Of a stretch of 18,614 nt of DNA, positions 10,003-17,640 are shown one piece after another. The stretch is from IMG/VR virus record IMGVR_UViG_2585427737_000006, positions 1 to 18,614 of that record. One strand, given 5' to 3'. A program made the position numbers and the translations under genes. Position 1 is the stretch's first letter. Every line of letters begins with the position of its first letter. This DNA comes from a virus (Duplodnaviria; Heunggongvirae; Uroviricota; Caudoviricetes). The notes under the pieces were generated by a model that saw nothing but the letters and a program-made list of their open reading frames with translations, did no database searches and was not told the origin of the DNA.

Positions 10003-10784
10003 GCAGCCACCTTCTGCTCAGTGGCTTTCTGTTTCAGGAATCCAAGAGCTTTCACTGCTTCGGCCTGTGTCAGTTCTGACGATGCGCGAATGTCGCGGCG
10101 AAATATCTGGGAACAGAGCGGCAATAAGTCGTCATCCCATGTTTTATCCAGGGCAATCAGCAGAGTGTTAATCTCCTGCATGGTTTCATCGTTAACCGGA
10201 GTGATGTCGCGTTCCGGCTGACGTTCTGCAGTGTATGCGGTATTTTCGACAATGCGCTCGGCTTCATCCTTGTCATAGATACCCGCAAATCCGAAGGCGA
10301 GACGGGCACACTGAATCATGGCTTTATGCCGTAACATCCGTTTGGGATGCGACTGCCACGGTCCGGTGATTTCTCTGCCTTCGCGGGTTTTGAATGGTTC
10401 GCGGCGGCATTCATCCATCCACTCGGTAACGCAGATCGGATGATTGCGGTCCTTGCGGTAAATCCGGCATGTGCAGGATTCATTGTCCTGCTCAAAGTCC
10501 ATGCCATCAAACTGCTGGTTTTCATTGATGATACGGGACCAGCCATCAACGCCCACCACCGGAACGATGCCGTTCTGCTTGTCAGGGAAGGCGTAAATTT
10601 CTTTCGTCCACGGATTAAGGCCGTACTGGTTGGCGACGATCAGCAATGCGATGAACTGCGCATCGCTGGCATCACCTTTAAATGCCGTCTGGCGAAGAGT
10701 GGTGATCAGTTCCTGTGGGTCGACAGAATCCATGCCGACGCGTTCAGCCAGCTTCCCAGCCAGCGTTGCGAGTGCTGTACTCAT
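9999..10784 (-). CDS. bet: Red-beta single-strand annealing protein (261 aa)
   Basis: 261-aa [68 protein letters not shown]... matches lambda Bet. Confidence 0.95.
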   Translation of the reverse strand: MSTALATLAGKLAERVGMDSVDPQELITTLRQTAFKGDASDAQFIALLIVANQYGLNPWTKEIYAFPDKQNGIVPVVGVDGWSRIINENQQFDGMDFEQDNESCTCRIYRKDRNHPICVTEWMDECRREPFKTREGREITGPWQSHPKRMLRHKAMIQCARLAFGFAGIYDKDEAERIVENTAYTAERQPERDITPVNDETMQEINTLLIALDKTWDDDLLPLCSQIFRRDIRASSELTQAEAVKALGFLKQKATEQKVAA

Positions 10785-10789
10785 CCGTT

Positions 10790-11206
10790 TTATACCTCTG
10801 AATCAATATCAACCTGGTGGTGAGCAATGGTTTCAACCATGTACCGGATGTGTTCTGCCATGCGCTCCTGAAACTCAACATCGTCATCAAACGCACGGGT
10901 AATGGCTTTTTTGCTGGCCCCGTGGCGTTGTAAATGATCGATGCAGAGTGATTCAAACAGGTGCTGGGGCAGACCTTTTTCCATGTCGTCTGCCAGTTCT
11001 GCCTCTTTCTCTTCACGGGCGATCTGCTGGTAGTGACGCGTCCAGCTCTGAGCCTCAAGACGATCCTGAATGTAATAAGCGTTCATGGCTGAACTCCTGA
11101 AATAGCTGTGAAAATATCGCCCGCGAAATGCCGGGCTGATTAGGAAAACAGGAAAGGGGGTTAGTGAATGCTTTTGCTTGATCTCAGTTTCAGTATTAAT
11201 ATCCAT
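10790..11206 (-). CDS. gam: Gam, RecBCD inhibitor (138-aa long form)
   Basis: 138-aa [55 protein letters not shown]... matches lambda Gam. Confidence 0.95.
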   Translation of the reverse strand: MDINTETEIKQKHSLTPFPVFLISPAFRGRYFHSYFRSSAMNAYYIQDRLEAQSWTRHYQQIAREEKEAELADDMEKGLPQHLFESLCIDHLQRHGASKKAITRAFDDDVEFQERMAEHIRYMVETIAHHQVDIDSEV

Positions 11207-11304
11207 TTTTTATAAGCGTCGACGGCCTCACGAAACATCTTTTCATCGCCAATAAAAGTGGCGATAGTGAATTTAGTCTGGATAGCCATAAGTGTTTGAT
11301 CCAT
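11161..11304 (-). CDS. kil: Kil, host-killing FtsZ inhibitor (47 aa)
   Basis: [47 protein letters not shown]; start placed at the internal ATG (11304) of the longer ORF 11161-11430; overlaps the gam start and the cIII end as in lambda. Confidence 0.75.
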   Translation of the reverse strand: MDQTLMAIQTKFTIATFIGDEKMFREAVDAYKKWILILKLRSSKSIH

Positions 11305-11437
11305 TTTTTGGGACTCCTGGCTGATTAAGTATGTCGATAAGGCGTTTCCATCCGTCACGTAATTTACGGGTGATTCGTTCAAGTAAAGATTCGGAAGGGC
11401 AGCCAGCAACAGGCCACCCTGCAATGGCATATTGCAT
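11273..11437 (-). CDS. cIII: cIII, FtsH/HflB inhibitor (54 aa)
   Basis: Hand translation of the minus strand from the ATG at 11437 gives [54 protein letters not shown], which is lambda cIII; below the ORF-track cutoff. Confidence 0.85.
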   Translation of the reverse strand: MQYAIAGWPVAGCPSESLLERITRKLRDGWKRLIDILNQPGVPKNGSNTYGYPD

Positions 11438-11509
11438 GGTGTGCTCCTTATTTATACATAACGAAAAACGCCTCGAGTGAAGCGTTATTGGTATGCGGTA
11501 ACGCCGCGC

Positions 11510-11878
11510 TCAGGCGGCTTTGATAGTCATATCATCTGAATCAAATATTCCTGATGTATCGATATCGGTAATTCTTATTCCTTCGCTACCATCCATTGGA
11601 GGCCATCCTTCCTGACCATTTCCATCATTCCAGTCGAACTCACACACAACACCATATGCATTTAAGTCGCTTGAAATTGCTATAAGCAGAGCATGTTGCG
11701 CCAGCATGATTAATACAGCATTTAATACAGAGCCGTGTTTATTGAGTCGGTATTCAGAGTCTGACCAGAAATTATTAATCTGGTGAAGTTTTTCCTCTGT
11801 CATTACGTCATGGTCGATTTCAATTTCTATTGATGCTTTCCAGTCGTAATCAATGATATATTTTTTGATGTTTGACAT
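11510..11878 (-). CDS. ea10: Early protein Ea10-like (122 aa), function unknown
   Basis: 122-aa acidic protein MSNIKKYIIDYDWKASIEIEIDHDVMTEEKLHQINNFWSD...; size and position upstream of cIII match lambda ea10. Confidence 0.7.
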   Translation of the reverse strand: MSNIKKYIIDYDWKASIEIEIDHDVMTEEKLHQINNFWSDSEYRLNKHGSVLNAVLIMLAQHALLIAISSDLNAYGVVCEFDWNDGNGQEGWPPMDGSEGIRITDIDTSGIFDSDDMTIKAA

Positions 11879-11897
11879 CTATTCATATCCTCACAGA

Positions 11898-11924
11898 TAA
11901 AAAATCGCCCTCACATTGGAGGGC
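11898..11924 (-). terminator. Putative rho-independent terminator on the minus strand (tL-type, upstream of ea10)
   Basis: Minus-strand hairpin GCCCTC-CAATGT-GAGGGC (plus 11907-11924) followed by TTTTTT (plus A-run 11899-11904). Confidence 0.45.
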
Positions 11925-12138
11925 AAAGAAGATTTCCAATAATCAGAACAAGTCGGCTCCTGTTTAGTTACGAGCGACATTGCTCAGTGTATTCACTCGT
12001 TGGAATGAATACACAGTGCAGTGTTTATTAGTATGCCTGTCTTTTAACCACATCAGGCTCGGTGGTTCTCGTGTACCCCTACAGCGAGAAATCGGATAAA
12101 CTCTATTCACCCCTACAGAGAGCAAAAGAGAAACGCCG

Positions 12139-12720
12139 ATGAACAACTCATGGTGGCAGGAACTAATGCATTTTTTCCTGCAAGGAATGACACTTAAACA
12201 GTTGATTCATATGCTAATCATCCTGATCATATTGATTATTGTTATGCCTGTAAGCGTAAAAGAATGGATAAACCTGCATAATCCAGAAATCCTTCCTCAT
12301 TACTGGATGTATTACATCCTGTTGTTTTGCGTTAGCTATGTGCTTAACGGCGTTGTTAATTCCGCTTATCACGCTGTGACTGAAAGAATTGAGATATTCG
12401 CTGCTCAGAAGCGCAAATCTAAAGAAGAGAAATACGTGCAAGATTTGTTTGATTCGTTAACTCTTGGAGAAAGAGCGTATTTGGCATTCGCTGTAGCCGC
12501 TAATAACCAGCTAAAGACAGAAAAGGGAAGCCCTGAAGCAATCTCATTGCTCGAAAAAGGGCTTCTTATTCGGGTACCTTCTGCTACTGGATATCCTGAA
12601 ATCGACCGTTTTGTTATCCCGGAACGCTATAGAAATGAGTGCTACATTAGGTTTGCTGGGAAGAAAGACAGTCTTATGGATGAACTTATCGCTCAGGATA
12701 AGCATGGCAAAAACAAGTAA
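12139..12720 (+). CDS. sieB: Superinfection exclusion protein B (abortive-infection membrane protein), 193 aa
   Basis: 193-aa protein with two N-terminal TM segments (LIHMLIILIILIIVMPVSV, HYWMYYILLFCVSYVLNGVV); on the strand opposite the pL operon and just before N, as sieB is in lambda and P22; sequence resembles sieB as I recall it. Confidence 0.7.
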   Translation: MNNSWWQELMHFFLQGMTLKQLIHMLIILIILIIVMPVSVKEWINLHNPEILPHYWMYYILLFCVSYVLNGVVNSAYHAVTERIEIFAAQKRKSKEEKYVQDLFDSLTLGERAYLAFAVAANNQLKTEKGSPEAISLLEKGLLIRVPSATGYPEIDRFVIPERYRNECYIRFAGKKDSLMDELIAQDKHGKNK

Positions 12721-12736
12721 TTAGCAAATTAATTTA

Positions 12737-13009
12737 TCATCTCGCCGTCAGTTGTTTTGATTTCCGGTAGCCTGCCGCGTAAATGGCTACGTTTGGCAGG
12801 CAAATACTTCCACTGCATTCATCTGCCTTCTTGCAGCGAAGGCTTCCGAGTGATGCTGCTTTGTCTGCTCTGACGCAACCAGAGAGCTTTAGCGCAATTT
12901 TTCGCGCCAGTCGCTGTTCTTGCATTGCCTGCTCACGTTGAGCCTGTCTGCGTGCTCTGCGGCGATTTCTGGCGTTATTGTCAGCCAGATATGTAATGAC
13001 TACTGCCAT
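12737..13009 (-). CDS. N: N-type transcription antiterminator with Arg-rich RNA-binding motif (90 aa), P22 gene 24 / phage 21 N type rather than lambda N
   Basis: N-terminal Arg-rich motif NARNRRRARRQAQREQ; C-terminus ...AAGYRKSKQLTAR resembles P22/21-type N; first gene downstream of the inferred pL and nutL. Confidence 0.75.
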   Translation of the reverse strand: MAVVITYLADNNARNRRRARRQAQREQAMQEQRLARKIALKLSGCVRADKAASLGSLRCKKADECSGSICLPNVAIYAAGYRKSKQLTAR

Positions 13010-13107
13010 GTTGACCTCCGATGATTAACTTTGGCGGTGACGCGCCGGGTGCTTATCTTCCGGTTGCCGTCGTGCAGCTGCACTTCACGTCACCCCAAAG
13101 CCAACTA

Positions 13108-13148
13108 CTCTTTGGTTCCCGCATTTCGGCGGGACAATCCCATCAATG
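13108..13148 (-). promoter_or_regulatory. nutL: nutL (boxA GCTCTTTAA and boxB hairpin CCCGC-CGAAAT-GCGGG on the minus-strand transcript)
   Basis: Reverse complement of 13139-13147 is GCTCTTTAA (boxA-like); reverse complement of 13108-13123 is CCCGCCGAAATGCGGG, identical to the boxB-like hairpin after cro (nutR). Confidence 0.5.
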
Positions 13149-13203
13149 TTAAAGAGCCTGCCAATCTGTTCCGTTTGGCTACCAGCGTCCTGCCGATGAC
13201 TTA

Positions 13204-13232
13204 AATTTAAGATTTCTTTAACTATTGGTCAA
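13204..13232 (-). promoter_or_regulatory. pL: Putative pL with overlapping P22-type OL operator
   Basis: Minus strand: -35 TTGACC (plus 13227-13232), 17-bp spacer, -10 TAAATT (plus 13204-13209); operator-like ATTTAAGATTTCTTTAAC at 13205-13222 fits the P22 operator pattern AnTnAAG-n4-CTTnAnT. Confidence 0.45.
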
Positions 13233-13298
13233 GAGTGTTTTTGAAGAAAACTTAAATTTTGTTGCGAAGCTTAAGTTTTGCTTTGATTTTTAAAGGAA

Positions 13299-13321
13299 AG
13301 AAAAAAAGGGGCGAATGCCCC
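13299..13321 (-). terminator. Rho-independent terminator immediately after the repressor gene (minus strand)
   Basis: Minus-strand hairpin GGGGC-ATTC-GCCCC (plus 13308-13321) followed by TTTTTTT (plus A-run 13301-13307), directly after the c2 stop. Confidence 0.55.
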
Positions 13322-13972
13322 TTATGGAAGGTTTGCTATTTTTGCATCGACAACTACACCGATGATTTTGCAGTTCCCGTTGATCTCAATCATCGGATAT
13401 TGTGGGTTAAGTGGTTTTAGAAACCTTCTGCCAGCATCAATAACTAACTTCTTGAAAGTTGCCTCGTTTTCTCCTTCGAGCTTTGCCACTACCAGCTTCC
13501 CATTACGAGGTTCTACTTCAGGATCGACTAGTATTATCATCCCTTCCGGGATGCTAAGACCGGCTGGAGCCGTCATCGAATCACCCTTTACGTCCAGCCA
13601 AAACGAATCTTCTGAACAATCTACGGTTGTATCGTACCAGTTATCTATTGCACGCTTATGATATGGCTCTACAGCTTCCATCCAACATCCTGCGCTTACC
13701 CAACTAATTAGAGGATACGAACCTCTTGGATCATGCCTGCTGTGATAGGCAATGTTTGAAAGACTATCTTCTCCTTTCAACAAGTAATCAGGGGAGCACT
13801 GTAAAGCCTTGGCTAAAGCCAATAGGTTTTCGCCATTGGGCTCAGTTTCAGAACGCTCCCATTGGGAAATAGCAACATTAGACACGCCAACCATCTTGCC
13901 GAGGGCAGCCTGCCTAATCTTAAGTTCTTTTCTGCGAGCGCGAATACGCTCACCCATCAGTTGTGTATTCAT
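13322..13972 (-). CDS. c2: Prophage repressor, P22 c2 type (216 aa; N-terminal HTH, C-terminal LexA/S24 peptidase-like autocleavage domain)
   Basis: 216-aa MNTQLMGERIRARRKELKIRQAALGKMVGVSNVAISQWERSETEPNGENLLALAKALQCSPDYLLKG...; near-identical to P22 c2 as I recall it; C-terminal domain has the GDSM (Ser) ... K motifs of S24 repressors. Confidence 0.9.
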   Translation of the reverse strand: MNTQLMGERIRARRKELKIRQAALGKMVGVSNVAISQWERSETEPNGENLLALAKALQCSPDYLLKGEDSLSNIAYHSRHDPRGSYPLISWVSAGCWMEAVEPYHKRAIDNWYDTTVDCSEDSFWLDVKGDSMTAPAGLSIPEGMIILVDPEVEPRNGKLVVAKLEGENEATFKKLVIDAGRRFLKPLNPQYPMIEINGNCKIIGVVVDAKIANLP

Positions 13973-14038
13973 AGTTAAGACATCTTAAATAAACTTGACT
14001 TAAGATTCCTTTGATAGATAATTTAAGTGTTCTTTAAT
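13973..14038. promoter_or_regulatory. OR operator region with divergent pRM/pR (P22-type operators)
   Basis: Three operator-like 18-mers: AGTTAAGACATCTTAAAT (13973-13990), a central site around 14000-14017, ATTTAAGTGTTCTTTAAT (14021-14038); pR -35 TTGACT (13995-14000), 17-bp spacer, -10 ATAATT (14018-14023). Confidence 0.65.
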
Positions 14039-14052
14039 TTCGGGGCGAGTCT

Positions 14053-14238
14053 ATGTACAAGAAAGATGTTATCGACCACTTCGGAACCCAGCGTGCGGTA
14101 GCTAAAGCGTTAGGCATTAGCGATGCAGCAGTCTCTCAGTGGAAGGAAGTCATCCCAGAGAAAGACGCCTATCGACTGGAAGTCGTTACAGCTGGCGCCC
14201 TGAAGTATCAAGAAAGTGCTTATCGCAAAGCGGCATAA
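14053..14238 (+). CDS. cro: Cro repressor, P22 type (61 aa)
   Basis: 61-aa MYKKDVIDHFGTQRAVAKALGISDAAVSQWKEVIPEKDAYRLEVVTAGALKYQESAYRKAA with HTH (QRAVAKALGISDAAVSQW); first gene downstream of pR. Confidence 0.85.
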   Translation: MYKKDVIDHFGTQRAVAKALGISDAAVSQWKEVIPEKDAYRLEVVTAGALKYQESAYRKAA

Positions 14239-14244
14239 GCAAAT

Positions 14245-14287
14245 TGCTCTTTAACAGTCATGGTCCTTATTCCCGCCGAAATGCGGG
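14245..14287 (+). promoter_or_regulatory. nutR: nutR (boxA TGCTCTTTAA, boxB hairpin CCCGC-CGAAAT-GCGGG)
   Basis: boxA-like TGCTCTTTAA at 14245-14254 and hairpin at 14272-14287, identical to the nutL boxB; located between cro and the cII-like gene. Confidence 0.55.
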
Positions 14288-14346
14288 AATACAACGCGCA
14301 TCAGTTGGTGCGTATAACTTCTTATTTGTTAAGGAAATACTTACAT

Positions 14347-14625
14347 ATGCAACTTACAAGTACTCGCAAGAAAGCGAATGCAATCACAAGCAACATCCTG
14401 AATCGAATTGCTGTACGTGGTCAGCGAAAGGTTGCTGATGCATTAGGGATTAATGAATCGCAAATTTCGCGATGGAAAGACAGCTTTATCCCAAAGATGG
14501 CCATGCTTCTGGCTGTGCTGGAGTGGGGTGTTGAAGACGAGGAATTAGCAAAGCTAGCAAAGAAAGTAGCCATGGTGCTGACAAAAGAAAAGCCTCAAGA
14601 CTGCTGCAACAGTTTTGAGGCCTGA
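14347..14625 (+). CDS. c1: CII-family transcriptional activator (P22 c1 type, 92 aa)
   Basis: MQLTSTRKKANAITSNILNRIAVRGQRKVADALGINESQISRWKDSFIPKMAMLLAVLEWG...; start placed at the internal ATG at 14347 (preceded by aaggaaatacttacat); HTH present; position after cro and nutR. Confidence 0.8.
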   Translation: MQLTSTRKKANAITSNILNRIAVRGQRKVADALGINESQISRWKDSFIPKMAMLLAVLEWGVEDEELAKLAKKVAMVLTKEKPQDCCNSFEA

Positions 14626-14659
14626 TGTAGAAAGACTGGATCAATCCACAGGAGTCATT

Positions 14660-15559
14660 ATGACAAATACAGCAAAAATACTCAACTTCGGCAGAGGTAA
14701 CTTTGCCGGACAGGAGCGTAATGTGGCAGATCTCGATGATGGTTACGCCAGACTATCAAATATGCTGCTTGAGGCTTATTCAGGCGCAGATCTGACCAAG
14801 CGACAGTTTAAAGTGCTGCTTGCCATTCTGCGTAAAACCTATGGGTGGAATAAACCAATGGACAGAATCACCGATTCTCAACTTAGCGAGATTACAAAGT
14901 TACCTGTCAAACGGTGCAATGAAGCCAAGTTAGAACTCGTCAGAATGAATATTATCAAGCAGCAAGGCGGCATGTTTGGACCAAATAAAAACATCTCAGA
15001 ATGGTGTATCCCTCAAAACGAGGGAAAATCCCCTAAAACGAGGGATAAAACATCCCTCAAATTGGGGGATTGCTATCCCTCAAAACAGGGGGACACAAAA
15101 GACACTATTACAAAAGAAAAAAGAAAAGATTATTCGTCCGAGAATTCTGGCGAATCCTCTGACCAGCCAGAAAACGATCTTTCTGTGGTTAAACCGGATG
15201 CTGCAATTCAGAGCGGCAGTAAGTGGGGAACAGCAGAAGACCTGACCGCCGCAGAGTGGATGTTTGACATGGTGAAGACCATCGCGCCATCAGCCAGAAA
15301 ACCGAATTTTGCTGGGTGGGCTAACGATATCCGCCTGATGCGTGAACGTGACGGACGTAACCACCGCGATATGTGTGTGCTTTTCCGCTGGGCCTGCCAG
15401 GACAACTTCTGGTCCGGTAACGTGCTGAGTCCGGCCAAACTCCGCGACAAGTGGACCCAGCTCGAAATCAACCGTAACAAGCAACAGGCTGGCGTGACAG
15501 CCGGAAAACCAAAACTCGACCTGACAAACACTGACTGGATTTACGGGGTGGATCTATGA
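14660..15559 (+). CDS. O: Replication initiator O (299 aa), lambda type
   Basis: MTNTAKILNFGRGNFAGQERNVADLDDGYARLSNMLLEAYSGADLTKRQFKVLLAILRKTYGWNKPMDRITDSQLSEITKL... matches lambda O; start at the internal ATG at 14660 with SD ggag upstream. Confidence 0.95.
   Translation: MTNTAKILNFGRGNFAGQERNVADLDDGYARLSNMLLEAYSGADLTKRQFKVLLAILRKTYGWNKPMDRITDSQLSEITKLPVKRCNEAKLELVRMNIIKQQGGMFGPNKNISEWCIPQNEGKSPKTRDKTSLKLGDCYPSKQGDTKDTITKEKRKDYSSENSGESSDQPENDLSVVKPDAAIQSGSKWGTAEDLTAAEWMFDMVKTIAPSARKPNFAGWANDIRLMRERDGRNHRDMCVLFRWACQDNFWSGNVLSPAKLRDKWTQLEINRNKQQAGVTAGKPKLDLTNTDWIYGVDL
15008..15145. repeat. ori: ori-lambda: four O-binding iterons plus adjacent AT-rich unwinding region, inside the O gene
   Basis: Repeated inverted motifs tccctcaaaacgaggga / tcccctaaaacgaggga / atccctcaaattggggga / atccctcaaaacaggggga followed by attacaaaagaaaaaagaaaagattattcg. 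Confidence 0.8.
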
Positions 15560-16257
15560 AAAACATCGCCGCACAGATGGTTAACTTTGACCGTGAGCAG
15601 ATGCGTCGGATCGCCAACAACATGCCGGAACAGTACGACGAAAAGCCACAGGTACAGCAGGTAGCGCAGATCATCAACGGTGTGTTCAGCCAGTTACTGG
15701 CAACTTTCCCGGCGAGTCTGGCTAACCGTGACCAGAACGAACTGAACGAAATCCGCCGCCAGTGGGTTCTGGCTTTCCGGGAAAACGGGATCACCACAAT
15801 GGAACAGGTTAACGCAGGAATGCGCGTAGCCCGTCGGCAGAACCGACCATTCCTGCCATCACCCGGGCAGTTTGTTGCATGGTGCCGGGAAGAAGCATCC
15901 GTTATCGCCGGACTGCCAAACGTCAGCGAGCTGGTTGATATGGTTTACGAGTATTGCCGGAAGCGAGGCCTGTATCCGGATGCGGAGTCTTATCCGTGGA
16001 AATCAAACGCGCACTACTGGCTGGTTACCAACCTGTATCAGAACATGCGGGCCAATGCGCTTACTGATGCGGAATTACGCCGTAAGGCCGCAGATGAGCT
16101 TGTCCATATGACTGCGAGAATTAACCGTGGTGAGGCGATCCCTGAACCAGTAAAACAACTTCCTGTCATGGGCGGTAGACCTCTAAATCGTGCACAGGCT
16201 CTGGCGAAGATCGCAGAAATTAAAGCTAAGTTCGGACTGAAAGGAGCAAGTGTATGA
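15556..16257 (+). CDS. P: Replication protein P (DnaB helicase loader), 233 aa, lambda type
   Basis: 233-aa MKNIAAQMVNFDREQMRRIANNMPEQYDEKPQVQQVAQIINGVFSQLLATFPASLANRDQ... matches lambda P; overlaps the O stop (ATGA). Confidence 0.95.
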   Translation: MKNIAAQMVNFDREQMRRIANNMPEQYDEKPQVQQVAQIINGVFSQLLATFPASLANRDQNELNEIRRQWVLAFRENGITTMEQVNAGMRVARRQNRPFLPSPGQFVAWCREEASVIAGLPNVSELVDMVYEYCRKRGLYPDAESYPWKSNAHYWLVTNLYQNMRANALTDAELRRKAADELVHMTARINRGEAIPEPVKQLPVMGGRPLNRAQALAKIAEIKAKFGLKGASV

Positions 16258-16427
16258 TGGGCAAAGAGGCAATTATTCATTACCTGGGGACGCACAAGAG
16301 CTTCTGTGCGCCGGACGTTGCTGCGACAACAGGTGTGACATTAACCAGCATAAATCAGGCTGCGGCAAAAATGGCGCGGGCAGGAATCCTGGTCATTGAT
16401 GGTAAGGTCTGGCGAACGTTTGTTTAA
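16254..16427 (+). CDS. ren: Ren-like protein, truncated (57 aa against about 96 aa in lambda)
   Basis: Hand translation MMGKEAIIHYLGTHKSFCAPDVAATTGVTLTSINQAAAKMARAGILVIDGKVWRTFV* resembles the lambda Ren N-terminus but stops early; overlaps the P stop as in lambda. Confidence 0.6.
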   Translation: MMGKEAIIHYLGTHKSFCAPDVAATTGVTLTSINQAAAKMARAGILVIDGKVWRTFV

Positions 16428-16573
16428 CGGTTAGCTACTCAGGATGATAGGGCGGGGCAAGTGAGTATGAAGCGGATTTTCAGGAATGCCATCAGAGTTT
16501 GGAAATAAAGTGGGTTTTCTAGTGGCAAGAGACTTGATAATATTTAGTTCTTTGAATCCAAGGAGATAGGGTT

Positions 16574-17068
16574 ATGAGAAAATTTATTTTAGCCTTTGTT
16601 ATAAGTGCCTCGTTTACAGCAAATGCTGGTGTAGAGAAGTTAGGGCCGTGGATAACAAAGTCTGAGATAAATAAAATGACTGACCAGACTGACTTTGTGG
16701 CCCTTAATTTATCACCAGATTCATATAACAAAGCAGGTACTGATCGTGCAACTTCACTGGTGTTGCGTTGTAGTGATAACAAAACAGATGCCTATTTATC
16801 ATTCAATGATTATATGGGTTCGGACAACCCAAGAATTACAGTGCGGTTAGATGGCGGAAAGCCGGTCAAGAGTGTTTGGGGAGGTGGGGAAGGCGGTGAT
16901 TCTGCATTTGCTCCACAACCAATACAATTTATAAAGACCTTGGCTAAGCATAAAAAAGCTATTTTTGGGTTTGAACCTTATGGATCAACTATGCAAGTAG
17001 TTGAGTTTGACTTGTCTGAGATTGATAAGGTTGTGGAAAAAATTTCACAGTCTTGCAATTGGAAATGA
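16574..17068 (+). CDS. Secreted/periplasmic protein of unknown function (164 aa, cleavable signal peptide); moron-like cargo
   Basis: Strong SD aaggag 7 nt upstream of the ATG; N-terminus MRKFILAFVISASFTANA is a typical Sec signal peptide with an AxA cleavage site; AT-rich codon usage unlike the flanking lambda genes; followed by a strong intrinsic terminator. Confidence 0.65.
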   Translation: MRKFILAFVISASFTANAGVEKLGPWITKSEINKMTDQTDFVALNLSPDSYNKAGTDRATSLVLRCSDNKTDAYLSFNDYMGSDNPRITVRLDGGKPVKSVWGGGEGGDSAFAPQPIQFIKTLAKHKKAIFGFEPYGSTMQVVEFDLSEIDKVVEKISQSCNWK

Positions 17069-17086
17069 CAAAAAAATTTCATATGA

Positions 17087-17113
17087 ACCCAGTTTGCGCT
17101 GGGTTTTTTATTT
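17087..17113 (+). terminator. Rho-independent terminator after the secreted-protein gene
   Basis: Hairpin ACCCAG-TTTGCG-CTGGGT (17087-17104) followed by TTTTTTATTT. Confidence 0.7.
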
Positions 17114-17640
17114 CAGTAGCCAATAATGCATTCAAAATCTCTTACTTGAGAAACGGCCTATTTGAGATTTCAGTCGTGGCAGGATGATCAGTTGATTCGA
17201 GTATTGACGCATTTGCGTTCGGAGCGATTACAGTAGATTGTAAATAATAATGAGAAACACATAGCCACCCCGTGGTATTGAAACCATATAATGTTGGATT
17301 TGAAAACAGATCTTTTCCCATGTATTAATAACTACATCCCCGCGAGTGATTCAAAAAGGAGGGCCCAATTTTGTCCGAGTTTTTGTATTCCCCCGCATGC
17401 CGCTGCGGAGCACTACATCTGAGTGTCTGACTAGGGGATAAAATTAGACTGGATAGTGAGAAGAAAGTGGCGCGCTAGGCTGTGCCGAGTGCTACCAGTA
17501 CACCTTGGGGGTGTGCAGCTTTCGCCGAGACTGTAGTGGGTATCGGTTAATGCACGAAAAACCGAGAGGTCAGACAACCAATTTGCCGTAGGATTGTTTC
17601 CGGTGCGATACCGGTCTACTAACTGAAAGCAATGCGAAAA

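Noticed and set aside
11964-12146. 60-aa minus-strand ORF in the ea10-sieB intergenic region, considered as a possible ral
   Set aside because: The protein (MFIGVSLLLSVGVNRVY...) does not resemble lambda Ral, overlaps the sieB start region, and lacks an obvious RBS; probably non-coding promoter DNA.
15208-15797. Minus-strand ORFs of 107, 64 and 109 aa within the O/P genes
   Set aside because: They are antisense to O and P, which match lambda; GC-rich coding sequence commonly generates such frames.
16519-16782. 87-aa minus-strand ORF overlapping the start of the secreted-protein gene
   Set aside because: It is antisense to a gene with a strong RBS and signal peptide and spans that gene's promoter and RBS; it has no features of its own.
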